A DNA stretch of 46,259 bases from a virus (Duplodnaviria > Caudoviricetes): IMG/VR virus record IMGVR_UViG_3300012942_000013, positions 1 through 46,259 of that record; one strand, 5' to 3'. Under the pieces are notes generated by a model, which was not told where the DNA came from, searched no databases, and saw nothing but the letters and a program-made list of their open reading frames with translations. Made by a program: the position numbers and the translations under genes. This document shows, in pieces, positions 1 through 8,825 of this stretch. Positions within the stretch are counted from its first letter, which is position 1; each line of letters begins with the position of its first letter.

Positions 1-123
1 CGATCTTCCAGGAGGCCCTGCCGGGCTTCCCTCTGTGCCTTGTTCCGTTCTTCCGCCGCGCCCGCGTACGCGTATGGGAGTGCCTGTACGGCTTCGCCCT
101 GACGGGCGCTCAGGCCCTGGATC
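1..123. repeat. Terminal direct repeat copy 1 (circular assembly overlap)
   Basis: Bases 1-123 are identical to 46137-46259; the repeat falls inside a continuous ORF. Confidence 0.95.
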
Positions 124-401
124 GCCTGCTGCAGCGTGCGTCCATGGAGGCCGCTCCCCTGCAGCCCTGCAAGAGCCTGCGCCAGCGACGCCTGGATCGC
201 GCTCGCGGCACCCTTCGCCGCGCCGACATGGGTTTCGTATTCATGCTGGGGCAGTCCGATCGCGGCCTTGTCGGCGGCGATGATCGGTGCGTACTCACGG
301 CGGTTCTGCCGCGCGGCCCGTTCGTGGAGGATCTGGCGAAGGCGCGGGCTGAGCTGCACCGTATGGACGTTCTGCGTGCCGACGACCGGAATGCGCGCCA
401 T
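1..401 (-). CDS. 5' part of junction-spanning virion/ejection protein (about 295 aa, MARIPVVGTQNV...), continues at 46136..45650
   Basis: ATG at 401-399 overlaps the upstream TAA (TAATG); frame stays open across the circular junction into ORF 45650..45904; helical Ala/Gln/Glu-rich; lies between tail and ejection genes. Confidence 0.8.
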   Translation of the reverse strand, partial: MARIPVVGTQNVHTVQLSPRLRQILHERAARQNRREYAPIIAADKAAIGLPQHEYETHVGAAKGAASAIQASLAQALAGLQGSGLHGRTLQQAIQGLSARQGEAVQALPYAYAGAAEERNKAQREARQGLLED

Positions 402-1429
402 TACCTCTTCCCCTTCTTCTTTCGGGCGGTCGTGCCGCCGTTGGCGCCGAGACCCGCGAGAGGAGTGCCCTTCGGCTTCTGACCGGAGCCGGACTTGGCG
501 ATGCCGGTCGGCGTGACACCGGTCGGCAACACGCTCGGGTTTTCTTCGGCCCACTTCTTGAACGCCGCCGGGTGTTCTTCCATCGCCTGATAGATCTCCT
601 CTTCGAGGTAGTTCTGGTTGGCGTTGACCCCGGCGAGCTTCGTCCGCTGTTCTTCACGACCGAGACCGAACAGATTGCGGGCCAGCTGCTGGTGGGCTTC
701 GTGCGTCTGCTGCTTGACGTCCTGTTGCTCCTGGCTACGGCCGATGCCAAGGTTTTCGGCGAGTTCGGCGCGCTCCCGATCGGATTCGGTCCCGAGCTTT
801 TCTCGTGCAGTGCCGATCCGGCCGAGCGCCGTCGCGAGATCTTCGCCGAGCCGCTGTTCGGAGGTCGCGATCGGCGCTTCGGCGATCTGCTGGTTGCGCG
901 CCCGCGCGGCGGCCGCAGCGGCGCTGGTGCCCTGATCCAGCGTACCGCCCGCGTTCTGGGCTTCGGCCTGGCGGGTGGCGAGTTCGCCGAACTGCCTACC
1001 GATTTCCTGTCGCTTGGTGGCGAAGTCCTGGTACTGGCGCGCCGCGTTGTTCTCCGTGTCGGCTTCTTCGTTCGCGAGCTTTTCGTTACCCGAGGCGACT
1101 TCTCGGCCGATCTTTTCGCCGCCGCGCTCTTCTTCGAGGCCGAACTTCTGGCGGTTCCGTTTGTCTTCGGTCGTCAGGTTGTGGAGCGCGGTGTGAAAGT
1201 CGGTCGTGTCGAAGTGCTGTTTCGTCTTGATGTCTTCGAGGTTGTGTTCTTCCTGGAGACCAGCTTCACGCTGCTTGGCGGCCAGTGCGGGGTCGAAGGT
1301 GAACGCGGGAGGCTGGAGAGAGCCGGTCGTGCCCGAAACCGCTTTCGGCACCTTGGGCGCCGTCGTTCCGCCGTTCGGGACCTTCGGGACCCTCCGAAGT
1401 GCCGTGCCGAGTGAGGCCGCAGAAGCCAT
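401..1429 (-). CDS. Coiled-coil virion protein, probable DNA ejection (internal core) protein, 342 aa
   Basis: ATG at 1429 in TGATG overlap; long helical Q/E/A-rich sequence; synteny with podovirus ejection genes. Confidence 0.6.
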   Translation of the reverse strand: MASAASLGTALRRVPKVPNGGTTAPKVPKAVSGTTGSLQPPAFTFDPALAAKQREAGLQEEHNLEDIKTKQHFDTTDFHTALHNLTTEDKRNRQKFGLEEERGGEKIGREVASGNEKLANEEADTENNAARQYQDFATKRQEIGRQFGELATRQAEAQNAGGTLDQGTSAAAAAARARNQQIAEAPIATSEQRLGEDLATALGRIGTAREKLGTESDRERAELAENLGIGRSQEQQDVKQQTHEAHQQLARNLFGLGREEQRTKLAGVNANQNYLEEEIYQAMEEHPAAFKKWAEENPSVLPTGVTPTGIAKSGSGQKPKGTPLAGLGANGGTTARKKKGKR

Positions 1430-1998
1430 CAGCTCGGGATGACGGCGAAGTTGAAGGAGCTGTCGATCGCGGCGCCGGAGACGCCGAGGCATTCGACTTT
1501 GAACACCTTTTTGCCCTGTTCAATGACCTTGGCGCCGACCGAGGCGGTGGCTCCAGCAGCACTGGGAGCGGGCAAGAGGATCCCGGTCGTCGCGAGTTCG
1601 GTCGTCAGGGTGATCTTGTAGATGCCGGTCGCCGTTTTTTCGACCGAGAAGCCAGTACCAATTTCAACCGCTCCGGCCTTGGTGACCGACCCCCGAATGA
1701 ACCCGGCTGCCCCTTCAGCGCCTTTCGGCCCGGTCGCTCCCGTTTCGCCCTTTTCACCGCGTTCGCCCCGTTCGCCTTTGGCGCCCGTGGCACCAGTCGC
1801 GCCGGTGGGCCCCGTTGCTCCGGTTTCACCTTTCGGTCCCGTCGCCCCGGTGGGTCCTTCCGGCCCAGGTGGCCCCGGTTCGCCTTGCGGGCCCTCCACT
1901 ACGCTTGCGCTCCCCGAGAAGACTCCAGGGGCCTGCATGACCTGTTCGATGAACCGTCGCAGGTCGGCCTTGTTCTGGATTTCGGCGAGCAGGCTCAC
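1429..1998 (-). CDS. Collagen-like (Gly-X-Y) tail fibre protein with C-terminal beta domain
   Basis: About 20 GXY triplets ([13 protein letters not shown]...); C-terminal [15 protein letters not shown]...FNFAVI typical of fibre tips. Confidence 0.75.
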   Translation of the reverse strand: MSLLAEIQNKADLRRFIEQVMQAPGVFSGSASVVEGPQGEPGPPGPEGPTGATGPKGETGATGPTGATGATGAKGERGERGEKGETGATGPKGAEGAAGFIRGSVTKAGAVEIGTGFSVEKTATGIYKITLTTELATTGILLPAPSAAGATASVGAKVIEQGKKVFKVECLGVSGAAIDSSFNFAVIPS

Positions 1999-2456
1999 TC
2001 GATCGCCATCGCATGCCAGTAGGCGGTATCGACGAACTCACCCGGGACCGGCGTGGAGGCGACCATCTGCCACGCGACGTTCGTGGCGTCCCAGTTGATA
2101 AGACGCCCCTCGAAGACGATCGCGTAGTTCGCCCCGGACGAGAAGATGAACTCGACGTGGCTCGGGGTGACGCCGAGCCCGTGGGCGAATTCCCCCACTG
2201 CTCCGAGTTGCGAACCGTTGGGGATCGAGCAGCCGACGGAGCCGAAGGTGTGCTTGACGTTATAGCCGGAAGCCAGCTGACCACCGGTGATCGTGTGGTC
2301 GGCGATGCTCGCGGCGGAGATTCCCTTCGCGGCGATGTTGTCTGAGGTCAATCCCCCCTCGAGGAAGTTCGCGATGTTGTCGTATTCAGCTTCGATCGAG
2401 TCCGCGAGGGCATCTTCTTCTTCGAGGAATTCGCGGACGCGTTTGAACACACTCAT
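1995..2456 (-). CDS. Minor tail protein
   Basis: Coupled (ATGA/GTGA) with neighbours; [12 protein letters not shown] and ITGGQLA-type repeats seen in tail proteins. Confidence 0.55.
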   Translation of the reverse strand: MSVFKRVREFLEEEDALADSIEAEYDNIANFLEGGLTSDNIAAKGISAASIADHTITGGQLASGYNVKHTFGSVGCSIPNGSQLGAVGEFAHGLGVTPSHVEFIFSSGANYAIVFEGRLINWDATNVAWQMVASTPVPGEFVDTAYWHAMAIE

Positions 2457-4228
2457 CGTCTGGTCGCCTCACTGGGTCGGATTTTCAGGTCGAGACCACG
2501 GAGCACGCAGAGCGGCGTCGGACCCACGCTACGAATCCGCAAGCGCACATGGCGCGCGCGCTTGTTGACCGCGAGCTTCCCTGGGTCGCGGCCGTCGCTC
2601 GGGCCGAGTTCGCCGATCGGCGTCCAGATCCCGGCCGAACCACCCCATTTGAAGAGTCCCCACTTCACCTTCCCCCACAGCGAGCCGGTCGATTTCGAGG
2701 ACCCATCGTTGTAGGAGATCGCGAGCTTCGGGGCGACGGTCGGCCCTTCGACCAGTTCGTAGAGCACCCGCAGTTTGCGGATCACGTTGTTCGTTTCGGC
2801 GCCGGTGCCGTAGGCGCGGGTGATGATGTCGAGGTCGGCCCAGGTACCGTCGGCGTCGGTTTCGTTCGAGTGTGCAGGCTGGAAGTAACCGCTCAGCTCC
2901 AGCGGTCGCGACGGTTTGCTCGTCTGGGTCCCGAGCAGCCGCGGTTCCTGTGGGTCGACCTGCTGGCGCCGGAAATAGCAGGAGATCTTGCCGCCGTCGC
3001 CCGAGAGGGTGCCCCAGGGATAGACGGTCTGGGAGCGATCATCGGTCGGGCGGTCGAGGCGACAGACCCGAGTCGTCTTGACGTTGTTCAGCCCGAACAT
3101 GATCGGGAGCAGGTAGTGACTGTTGTAGACGATCGCGCCGCCGATCTTCAGGCCGTCGGAGATGTCCTGACGGTAGGGGCGCTCGATGGGCTTCGAGATC
3201 CGGCGCGGCTGGCTGACGCCGTCGACCAGGTAGACGCCGTCACCGGCCGGGACGACCAGCGTCTGACCGTAGGCGGCGATGCCCGCGGCGCCGGCGAGCA
3301 CGAGATCCCCCGAGAGCAACGAGATCTTGTGCTGCGAGTTGCCGTTCGCGTCGGTGATTGCGAGGGCCAGCCCTTCGAGCGTCCAGACGCCACCCGTGGT
3401 GAAGATCAGGCAGATCTGGCCGATGGACGCCAGGCCGTTGATTTCGACGCCCTCGGGCACTTCGTGAGAGTTTTCGGTACCCAGCGAGTTGGTGAAGGTG
3501 TGCGGATTGTTGACCTCCGTGAACATGATCTTGCGGCCCTTGGCGAAGACCAGGCGATTGGCGCACTGGCAGACGTAATCCCATTCGCCGTACGGCCCTC
3601 CGGAGGCCGCCACCGTGGGATTCAGCGAATAAGCCTTCCCGGACCCCGTGGAGCCTTGATACGCGTCCCGCAAGGTGAGCTGCGTCGTCGAGTCGATCGA
3701 TTCGACGACGTAGACGCGGTCGGTCCCGACGTGCAGCAGCATCCCGGCATCGACGAGGGTGTTCCAGGTCGTGCTCGAGCCGGTGACGGTCTTCGAGCCG
3801 TTCGTGACGGAGATCGACCCCGTCGAGTACGGAGCGGACTTCCGCGAGCCCCCGTAGAGCGTCCCGCCGCCGATGTAGAGGAGGTCGGCCAGCGCTGCGG
3901 CCTGCTTCGGTTCGTTGAGGCCCGCGCCCCCGATCGAGGTCAGCGCTTTGTCTTCTTCGCCGGTGACCGCGAAGCCGCTCGGAGACGCGACGATCGTCCT
4001 CGGCCCGGGCAACAGATGACCGTCCCATCCCCACGTCAGGCCTTCTTCGCCGAGTCCTTCCGGGGTGAGGTATTTGCTGCCGCCGCGGCGGTACGGGTTG
4101 CCGTCTTCGTCGAGGAAGACGTCGGTCATCGAGTATGCACCGCTCGGCGAGATCAGCGCCGGGGCGACATCGCGAACTTCCCCCTCGCTCCAGTCGTTCT
4201 GGACGGTGTCCTGCTGGAAGGAGGTCAT
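2453..4228 (-). CDS. Tail hub/nozzle (P22 gp10/T7 gp12-like stabilisation protein)
   Basis: About 590 aa, beta-propeller-like, GNPYRRGGS N-terminal motif, follows adaptor gene; ATG at 4228 in ATGA overlap. Confidence 0.65.
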   Translation of the reverse strand: MTSFQQDTVQNDWSEGEVRDVAPALISPSGAYSMTDVFLDEDGNPYRRGGSKYLTPEGLGEEGLTWGWDGHLLPGPRTIVASPSGFAVTGEEDKALTSIGGAGLNEPKQAAALADLLYIGGGTLYGGSRKSAPYSTGSISVTNGSKTVTGSSTTWNTLVDAGMLLHVGTDRVYVVESIDSTTQLTLRDAYQGSTGSGKAYSLNPTVAASGGPYGEWDYVCQCANRLVFAKGRKIMFTEVNNPHTFTNSLGTENSHEVPEGVEINGLASIGQICLIFTTGGVWTLEGLALAITDANGNSQHKISLLSGDLVLAGAAGIAAYGQTLVVPAGDGVYLVDGVSQPRRISKPIERPYRQDISDGLKIGGAIVYNSHYLLPIMFGLNNVKTTRVCRLDRPTDDRSQTVYPWGTLSGDGGKISCYFRRQQVDPQEPRLLGTQTSKPSRPLELSGYFQPAHSNETDADGTWADLDIITRAYGTGAETNNVIRKLRVLYELVEGPTVAPKLAISYNDGSSKSTGSLWGKVKWGLFKWGGSAGIWTPIGELGPSDGRDPGKLAVNKRARHVRLRIRSVGPTPLCVLRGLDLKIRPSEATRR

Positions 4229-4860
4229 CGCGCGGCCGTCCAACCGACGACGGGGATCTGGAAGACGCCGTTGCCACTCCCCCGTTCGTCATCGTAGGTC
4301 CGGAGTTCAGAAGCGACCGAGTCGGCTTTTTCCTGGTTCCATTTCGCCAGTTCCGGGTTGTCCTCAACACTTTCAAAGTAAACGGCGAGAGCGGCGTACG
4401 GCAGCCCCTTGTGGAAGGGTCGCGGCATCCAGGTCGGCACATCGGTGTCCTCGGTGAATTCCGGCGGCTGGTAGACGTATTCCAGTTCGATCGGCAGCCC
4501 GGCGCTCGGCGGCGGATAGAGGACGAGCTTGCGGTCGCCAGAGTCGTCCACGCCGTCGACCCAGACCGACTTCAGCAGTTCGGCGCCTCCCTGTTCGTAC
4601 TGGCGCACCGTTTCCTGACTCGCGAAGTCGTACGGCGCCGAACCGCCGATGGCGATCATGCGCGGCAGTAGAAGGTCGTCGGGCCACGGATAGGCCGCGA
4701 CGCCGTCTTCGGTGGTCGCGGCAGTGACGAGCTTGCGCGGATACTGCGAGTGCAGGGCGACGTCGCCCTGCGCCTGGTTCAGCAGTTCGAGCGCGACCGC
4801 GTCTTCGAGATCGATGCCAGAGAGATTCTGGAGGCGGCTTTTCAGCTGCGCGACGTTGAT
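4225..4860 (-). CDS. Head-tail adaptor protein (about 211 aa, probable ATC start)
   Basis: Frame open upstream of the track start at 4659 giving (M)NVAQLKSRLQNL...LLNQAQ..YPWPDDLL..LYPPP..IELEYV..FHKGLPYAA; SD AAAGGGAG 6 nt before ATC at 4860. Confidence 0.7.
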   Translation of the reverse strand: MNVAQLKSRLQNLSGIDLEDAVALELLNQAQGDVALHSQYPRKLVTAATTEDGVAAYPWPDDLLLPRMIAIGGSAPYDFASQETVRQYEQGGAELLKSVWVDGVDDSGDRKLVLYPPPSAGLPIELEYVYQPPEFTEDTDVPTWMPRPFHKGLPYAALAVYFESVEDNPELAKWNQEKADSVASELRTYDDERGSGNGVFQIPVVGWTAAR

Positions 4861-5450
4861 GGCGTGCTCCCTTTCGGGGGCGCTTCGCCGGTCGCGTCTG
4901 CGATCAGCTCCCGGAGACTCTCGACGGCCGACGCCGCGGCCTTGAGCACCTGGGGGCGGTTGTGGGTCTGCTTCTCGCGATCGAGGACGGCTTCTGCCGC
5001 CGCGGGATCGTGCGTCATCAGGGCACGCTGCAGGTCCTGCAGCTGGACCTCCGTGGTCGGCTCGAGGTCGTTGACGTCGACCGGCTCGACGAGCTCCCAG
5101 AAGCCACTGGGGCCGTTGAAGTTGAACAGGTCGAGACCACGGAGCCAGTCGATGATGACCGGGTCATCGGTCCGGTAGGTGTTGCCTTCGAACTGAATTT
5201 TCCACGGCGACCGGTCGTACTCGATCGGCTCCTTGTCTTCGCGCCGCCGGACTTCGTTGGCGGCCTCGTTCTCGGCGCGCCACTCGTCCTCGGTCTGCAC
5301 CCTCCGCTGGTTGGTGAGCGGATCCGTGACGTGATGGGTCCGTTTGCGAGTCAGGACCTGGTTCTCGCCGCGCGACATGAACGTGACCATCTTCTGCGGC
5401 GCAGCGACCGTCTCGGTCGTCTCCGGTGCGTCGGGGGTGATGGTGCTCAT
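4842..5450 (-). CDS. Capsid-associated hypothetical protein
   Basis: AGGAGG SD; directly after major capsid gene; IQFEGNTYRTDDP and EKQTHNRPQVLKA motifs common in such genes. Confidence 0.65.
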   Translation of the reverse strand: MSTITPDAPETTETVAAPQKMVTFMSRGENQVLTRKRTHHVTDPLTNQRRVQTEDEWRAENEAANEVRRREDKEPIEYDRSPWKIQFEGNTYRTDDPVIIDWLRGLDLFNFNGPSGFWELVEPVDVNDLEPTTEVQLQDLQRALMTHDPAAAEAVLDREKQTHNRPQVLKAAASAVESLRELIADATGEAPPKGSTPSTSRS

Positions 5451-5502
5451 GTTGCGTGCCTCCTGGCGGTCGTATTGGTGTGGGCGTCTGCCCGGGTGAA
5501 AC

Positions 5503-5529
5503 GCGGGGCGGCCGTCTTGGCCGCCCCGC
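5503..5529 (-). terminator. Stem-loop after major capsid gene
   Basis: 11-bp perfect inverted repeat GCGGGGCGGCC/GGCCGCCCCGC, 5-nt loop, followed by GTTTC on minus strand. Confidence 0.7.
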
Positions 5530-5535
5530 TCACTG

Positions 5536-6708
5536 TTAGGCGGAGATGCCGGTGGCGACGCCGCCGGACTTGATCAGGGGGAACTGGAAGCCGACCTCGG
5601 TCAGGATCTCGTCCTTCTGACCGTCGCGGTCGTTCTCCTGGCGGTTGGTCAGCACCTTCGTGTCACGCGACCCGAAGGGACCTCCGCCGAGCGGCCGCAT
5701 GGCGGGAGCGCCCCGTTTGAAGTCGACGGCGATCATGTAGCCGCCCCAGACGGCGCCTTCGAGCAGCGGGTGCTGTACGAAGTTGATGACGGAGCCGCCG
5801 GCCCCGACGTAGCGGGTGATGTTCAGGCCGTACGTCGTGTCTTTGTCGGCCTGGATGACGGAGAGCTTCCCGACGGCGTAGTTGTTGACGACTTCGAGCG
5901 CCAGCGGCGACGCGAAGACGGTCTTTTCGTTGCCGTGGACGGTGAGCATCCGGACCCAGGAGCCAAACTCCGACTCGGTCATGGTGCCGCCCATGTCCTG
6001 ATTGTTGGCGGTGTACATCGACAACAGCCCCGCAGTCGTGCGGATCGGCTTGCCGCCCGGGCCCGTGATCTTGCCCTTGTTGCCGAAGAGCGCCGCCGTC
6101 TCGATCGAGATCAGGTGTTCGCGCATCTTCTGTTTGTGCTGCCACACCCAGTCGTGCGGTTCGGTCTGGTTTTCCGAGCTCCCCGCGGTGCCGCTCTCCT
6201 CAATCGAGGTGCGGAAGATCTGGGTGTTGTTGCCGATTTTGGTCGGGTTGACGGTGACGGCTTCGAAGGAAAGCGCGCCCTCTTCCGCCACGCGGGCGAT
6301 GATGAAGAGCGGATCTTTTTCGGTCAGCGCCGCCGCCGTGGTGCCTGCGGCAGCGCGTTCGAACTTGACTTTGTTCGTGCCCTTGACTTCGATCACACGC
6401 AGGATCTCTCCCGTGCGTGGAACGGCCACGAGCTGATTCGGCTTGTACAGTTCTTCGGTCGCGACGACCATTTCTTCGGCCGAGGCTTCATAGCCGCCGG
6501 ATTTGTTGATCGAGTCGAAGCGCGTCTCTTTTTCCGACTCGACCCAGCTGAATTCGGGGTCGCCGACGAGGCGCTTGTTCATGCGCGACGTGATGACCGT
6601 GAACGGCGTCGCCGACGGCTCGAGTTCGACGATCTGTTTGTCGATCGCGATCGCTCGCTGTACCGAGGCGACGTTTTCGGTGGTGCGCTGTCCAGTGACG
6701 ACAGTCAT
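5536..6708 (-). CDS. Major capsid protein (SU10/DUF5309-like, HK97 fold)
   Basis: 390 aa; TPF, FSWVE, NNTQIFRTS, IETAALFG, DGQKDEILTEVG motifs; follows scaffold. Confidence 0.85.
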   Translation of the reverse strand: MTVVTGQRTTENVASVQRAIAIDKQIVELEPSATPFTVITSRMNKRLVGDPEFSWVESEKETRFDSINKSGGYEASAEEMVVATEELYKPNQLVAVPRTGEILRVIEVKGTNKVKFERAAAGTTAAALTEKDPLFIIARVAEEGALSFEAVTVNPTKIGNNTQIFRTSIEESGTAGSSENQTEPHDWVWQHKQKMREHLISIETAALFGNKGKITGPGGKPIRTTAGLLSMYTANNQDMGGTMTESEFGSWVRMLTVHGNEKTVFASPLALEVVNNYAVGKLSVIQADKDTTYGLNITRYVGAGGSVINFVQHPLLEGAVWGGYMIAVDFKRGAPAMRPLGGGPFGSRDTKVLTNRQENDRDGQKDEILTEVGFQFPLIKSGGVATGISA

Positions 6709-6738
6709 GGGTGATTTCTCCTAGAGGGTCGTCGGCCC

Positions 6739-7482
6739 TCAGCCGAAGACGCTGGGCGTCCTCTGCTCCGAGCCGAACACTTGTCCGATGTACTCGTCCT
6801 CGAAGGAGGAGCCGCCCGCCTGGGACTGGCCCGCACCGGTCTCGAGCACTGCGCCGCCCGCATCCGCGGGCGCTACTGCGTTGGCTTCCGCCGCCTCGGC
6901 TTTCACCAGCTTGTACGTCTGCTCCACCATCTGGGGATCGCTCAGCAGCCCTTCGATGCCGTGACGGGCTTCGATGGCGCCGATGCGGTCGGCGACGGCG
7001 TTCAAAGTCTGCGGCTCCATGATGTCGGGGTGCCGTTTCTGCACGGCCGCCATCTCGTTCGCCTGTTGCTGTTGGACGTACGGCTGCACCGCCGCGCCGA
7101 CCCGATCGTCGATCAGCTGGTTCAGCGCGTCCACCTGACGCTGTGCCTCGGCGTCGAGGCCCTGCGGCGGCTCGGGCTGCCGCTGTTGCGGCTGTTCGTA
7201 GTCAGGCTCGGGTTCCTGGTTCAGTGCCGCGAGGAGATCCAGGTCGGGATCAACCGCGGGCTGCTGCCCCTGTCGGATCTCGCCGATTTCCTCTTTGATC
7301 CCGTTGATCGCGGCGAGCACCGGATCCTCGGGCGTCTGCGGGGCCTGCGGCGCCGCAGGCGTCTGTTCGGGCGCGGGCGTCTGCGCCTGTTGCGGCTCGG
7401 GCGCCTGCTGGGTCGCGTCGTACACCGGCGTCTCGCCGGGGGCTGCCTGGGCGGTTCCGAATGCGTTGTCGGTGGCCTCCAC
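6739..7482 (-). CDS. Capsid scaffolding protein
   Basis: Acidic, P/Q-rich N-terminus, helical core; immediately upstream of MCP; GAGGAGG SD. Confidence 0.75.
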   Translation of the reverse strand: MEATDNAFGTAQAAPGETPVYDATQQAPEPQQAQTPAPEQTPAAPQAPQTPEDPVLAAINGIKEEIGEIRQGQQPAVDPDLDLLAALNQEPEPDYEQPQQRQPEPPQGLDAEAQRQVDALNQLIDDRVGAAVQPYVQQQQANEMAAVQKRHPDIMEPQTLNAVADRIGAIEARHGIEGLLSDPQMVEQTYKLVKAEAAEANAVAPADAGGAVLETGAGQSQAGGSSFEDEYIGQVFGSEQRTPSVFG

Positions 7483-7808
7483 TAGAAGCCCTCCTCTCGA
7501 GCGCGGATCTCGTTGGCCGCGCGCTCGCCGTCCTCGACGAGTTCGTTGGCGATGATGTCGATCAGGCCGATTCCGGCCATTTCGCCGATGACCTTCGCCA
7601 GGTCACCGCGATCACGGCTCCCGGGCTGCCCCATCAGGAACGAGGAGAGACCGGCCTGCTTGCCGGCGAGTCCACGTCGGAGATCGGCCCATGCCTCGGT
7701 ATCCCGCATCTGCGCGACACGCTCACCGACCGCTACGCGCTCCGTAGCGGCCCTCTCGGCAAGCTCGGCGGGGGTGACGATCTCGTTTGTCCTGTCAACA
7801 GGGGTCAT
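7482..7808 (-). CDS. Small helical protein upstream of scaffold (108 aa)
   Basis: ATG at 7808 downstream of promoter motif; TEAWADL...IGEMAGI pattern typical for this position. Confidence 0.6.
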   Translation of the reverse strand: MTPVDRTNEIVTPAELAERAATERVAVGERVAQMRDTEAWADLRRGLAGKQAGLSSFLMGQPGSRDRGDLAKVIGEMAGIGLIDIIANELVEDGERAANEIRAREEGF

Positions 7809-7820
7809 CTGCTGGCTGTG

Positions 7821-7842
7821 AATATGCCTAGGCCTTCGGACG
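7821..7842 (-). promoter_or_regulatory. Late-type promoter motif CGTCCG-N10-CATATT
   Basis: Matches recurrent motif; intergenic, upstream of scaffold/capsid operon. Confidence 0.6.
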
Positions 7843-7988
7843 GCCTCGGCGTTTACGCCGCGAACGTTCCAGCTTCCGACTGGCCGTGAGGGGATGCGGG
7901 CGCAATGCGGGCTCACCGCGAAGCATCGCTGCAAGTGCCGCCGTCCGCGCGCGAGCGTTGCCACGACGGTAGGGCTGCGACGGCGCCC

Positions 7989-8822
7989 TCACGGTGCGAT
8001 CACGACGCCTATGCCGACCTTGGAACTGGCTTTCGTTTCTTCGGTCGTGGTCACGACGACCTCGTACCAGCCATCGCTTTCCACTTCAAATTCAGCCGCC
8101 CGCTTTTCGACGACGTTGACGGTTGAGAATTTGCCGCTCGTGAAGAGGACGTGGGTGGTCCCGACCGTATACGTCGTCCCTCCCGTGATGCCCGTGATCG
8201 GCTTCACGCCGATTTCGAAGACGACCCCTGGCGCGGGATTGCCGCAGCCGAAGATCATGTTGACGGTGTACTTCACGCCAGCCGCCAGATGCACCATGGC
8301 CTTCGGCGCTTCGAGGGTGCCCGCGCCGGTGCTGAGTTCCCCGGGGGTCAGCGCAAAGGTGCGCGTCCCTGCAGCAGCGGCGGCGCCGATGAACCCATGC
8401 ACCGCAAAGGCGCCAGACGGGACACCCCCCGGTTCGCCCTTTTCACCTCGTTCGCCTTGTTCTCCGCGTTCCCCTTTTTCGCCCCGTTCGCCTTTTTCCC
8501 CGCGTTCGCCGTCTTCCCCTTTCGGTCCTTCCGGCCCTTCGGGCCCAAGGGGGCCTTCGCGTTTTTCCCATGGAGCCGGGTTCTTCGCGAACGGCACGAA
8601 GCGCTTTGCCTCCCATCGACTTCCGATTTCGGCCGCCGCGAAGTAGGGATGATTTTCGGTCAGCCCCGTGAAGGTGACCTCGCCATTGGCGACGGTGGCC
8701 GTCGACAACGCGGGTGCGCCAGGGACGGGTGGAAAGGTGTTATACCCCTGGCCGTCGTAAAGACCGACGACCGTGCCGTCTGGGAAGAGCGGCAGCACGG
8801 GGATGGTCTGTTCGACGCTCAC
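7989..8822 (-). CDS. Collagen-containing virion appendage (Ig-like N-domain + GXY + C-terminal beta domain)
   Basis: [13 protein letters not shown] repeats; N-domain paralogous to 8826..10196 and 10189..10533. Confidence 0.7.
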   Translation of the reverse strand: MSVEQTIPVLPLFPDGTVVGLYDGQGYNTFPPVPGAPALSTATVANGEVTFTGLTENHPYFAAAEIGSRWEAKRFVPFAKNPAPWEKREGPLGPEGPEGPKGEDGERGEKGERGEKGERGEQGERGEKGEPGGVPSGAFAVHGFIGAAAAAGTRTFALTPGELSTGAGTLEAPKAMVHLAAGVKYTVNMIFGCGNPAPGVVFEIGVKPITGITGGTTYTVGTTHVLFTSGKFSTVNVVEKRAAEFEVESDGWYEVVVTTTEETKASSKVGIGVVIAP

Positions 8823-8825
8823 GGA

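Noticed and set aside
1-123. Terminal repeat as a biological DTR or LTR
   Set aside because: It lies inside a continuous gene and far from the terminase region; best explained as assembler overlap
1700-1895. Short tandem repeats here and at about 8425-8555 as CRISPR or VNTR
   Set aside because: They encode Gly-X-Y collagen triplets; no constant repeat/unique spacer structure
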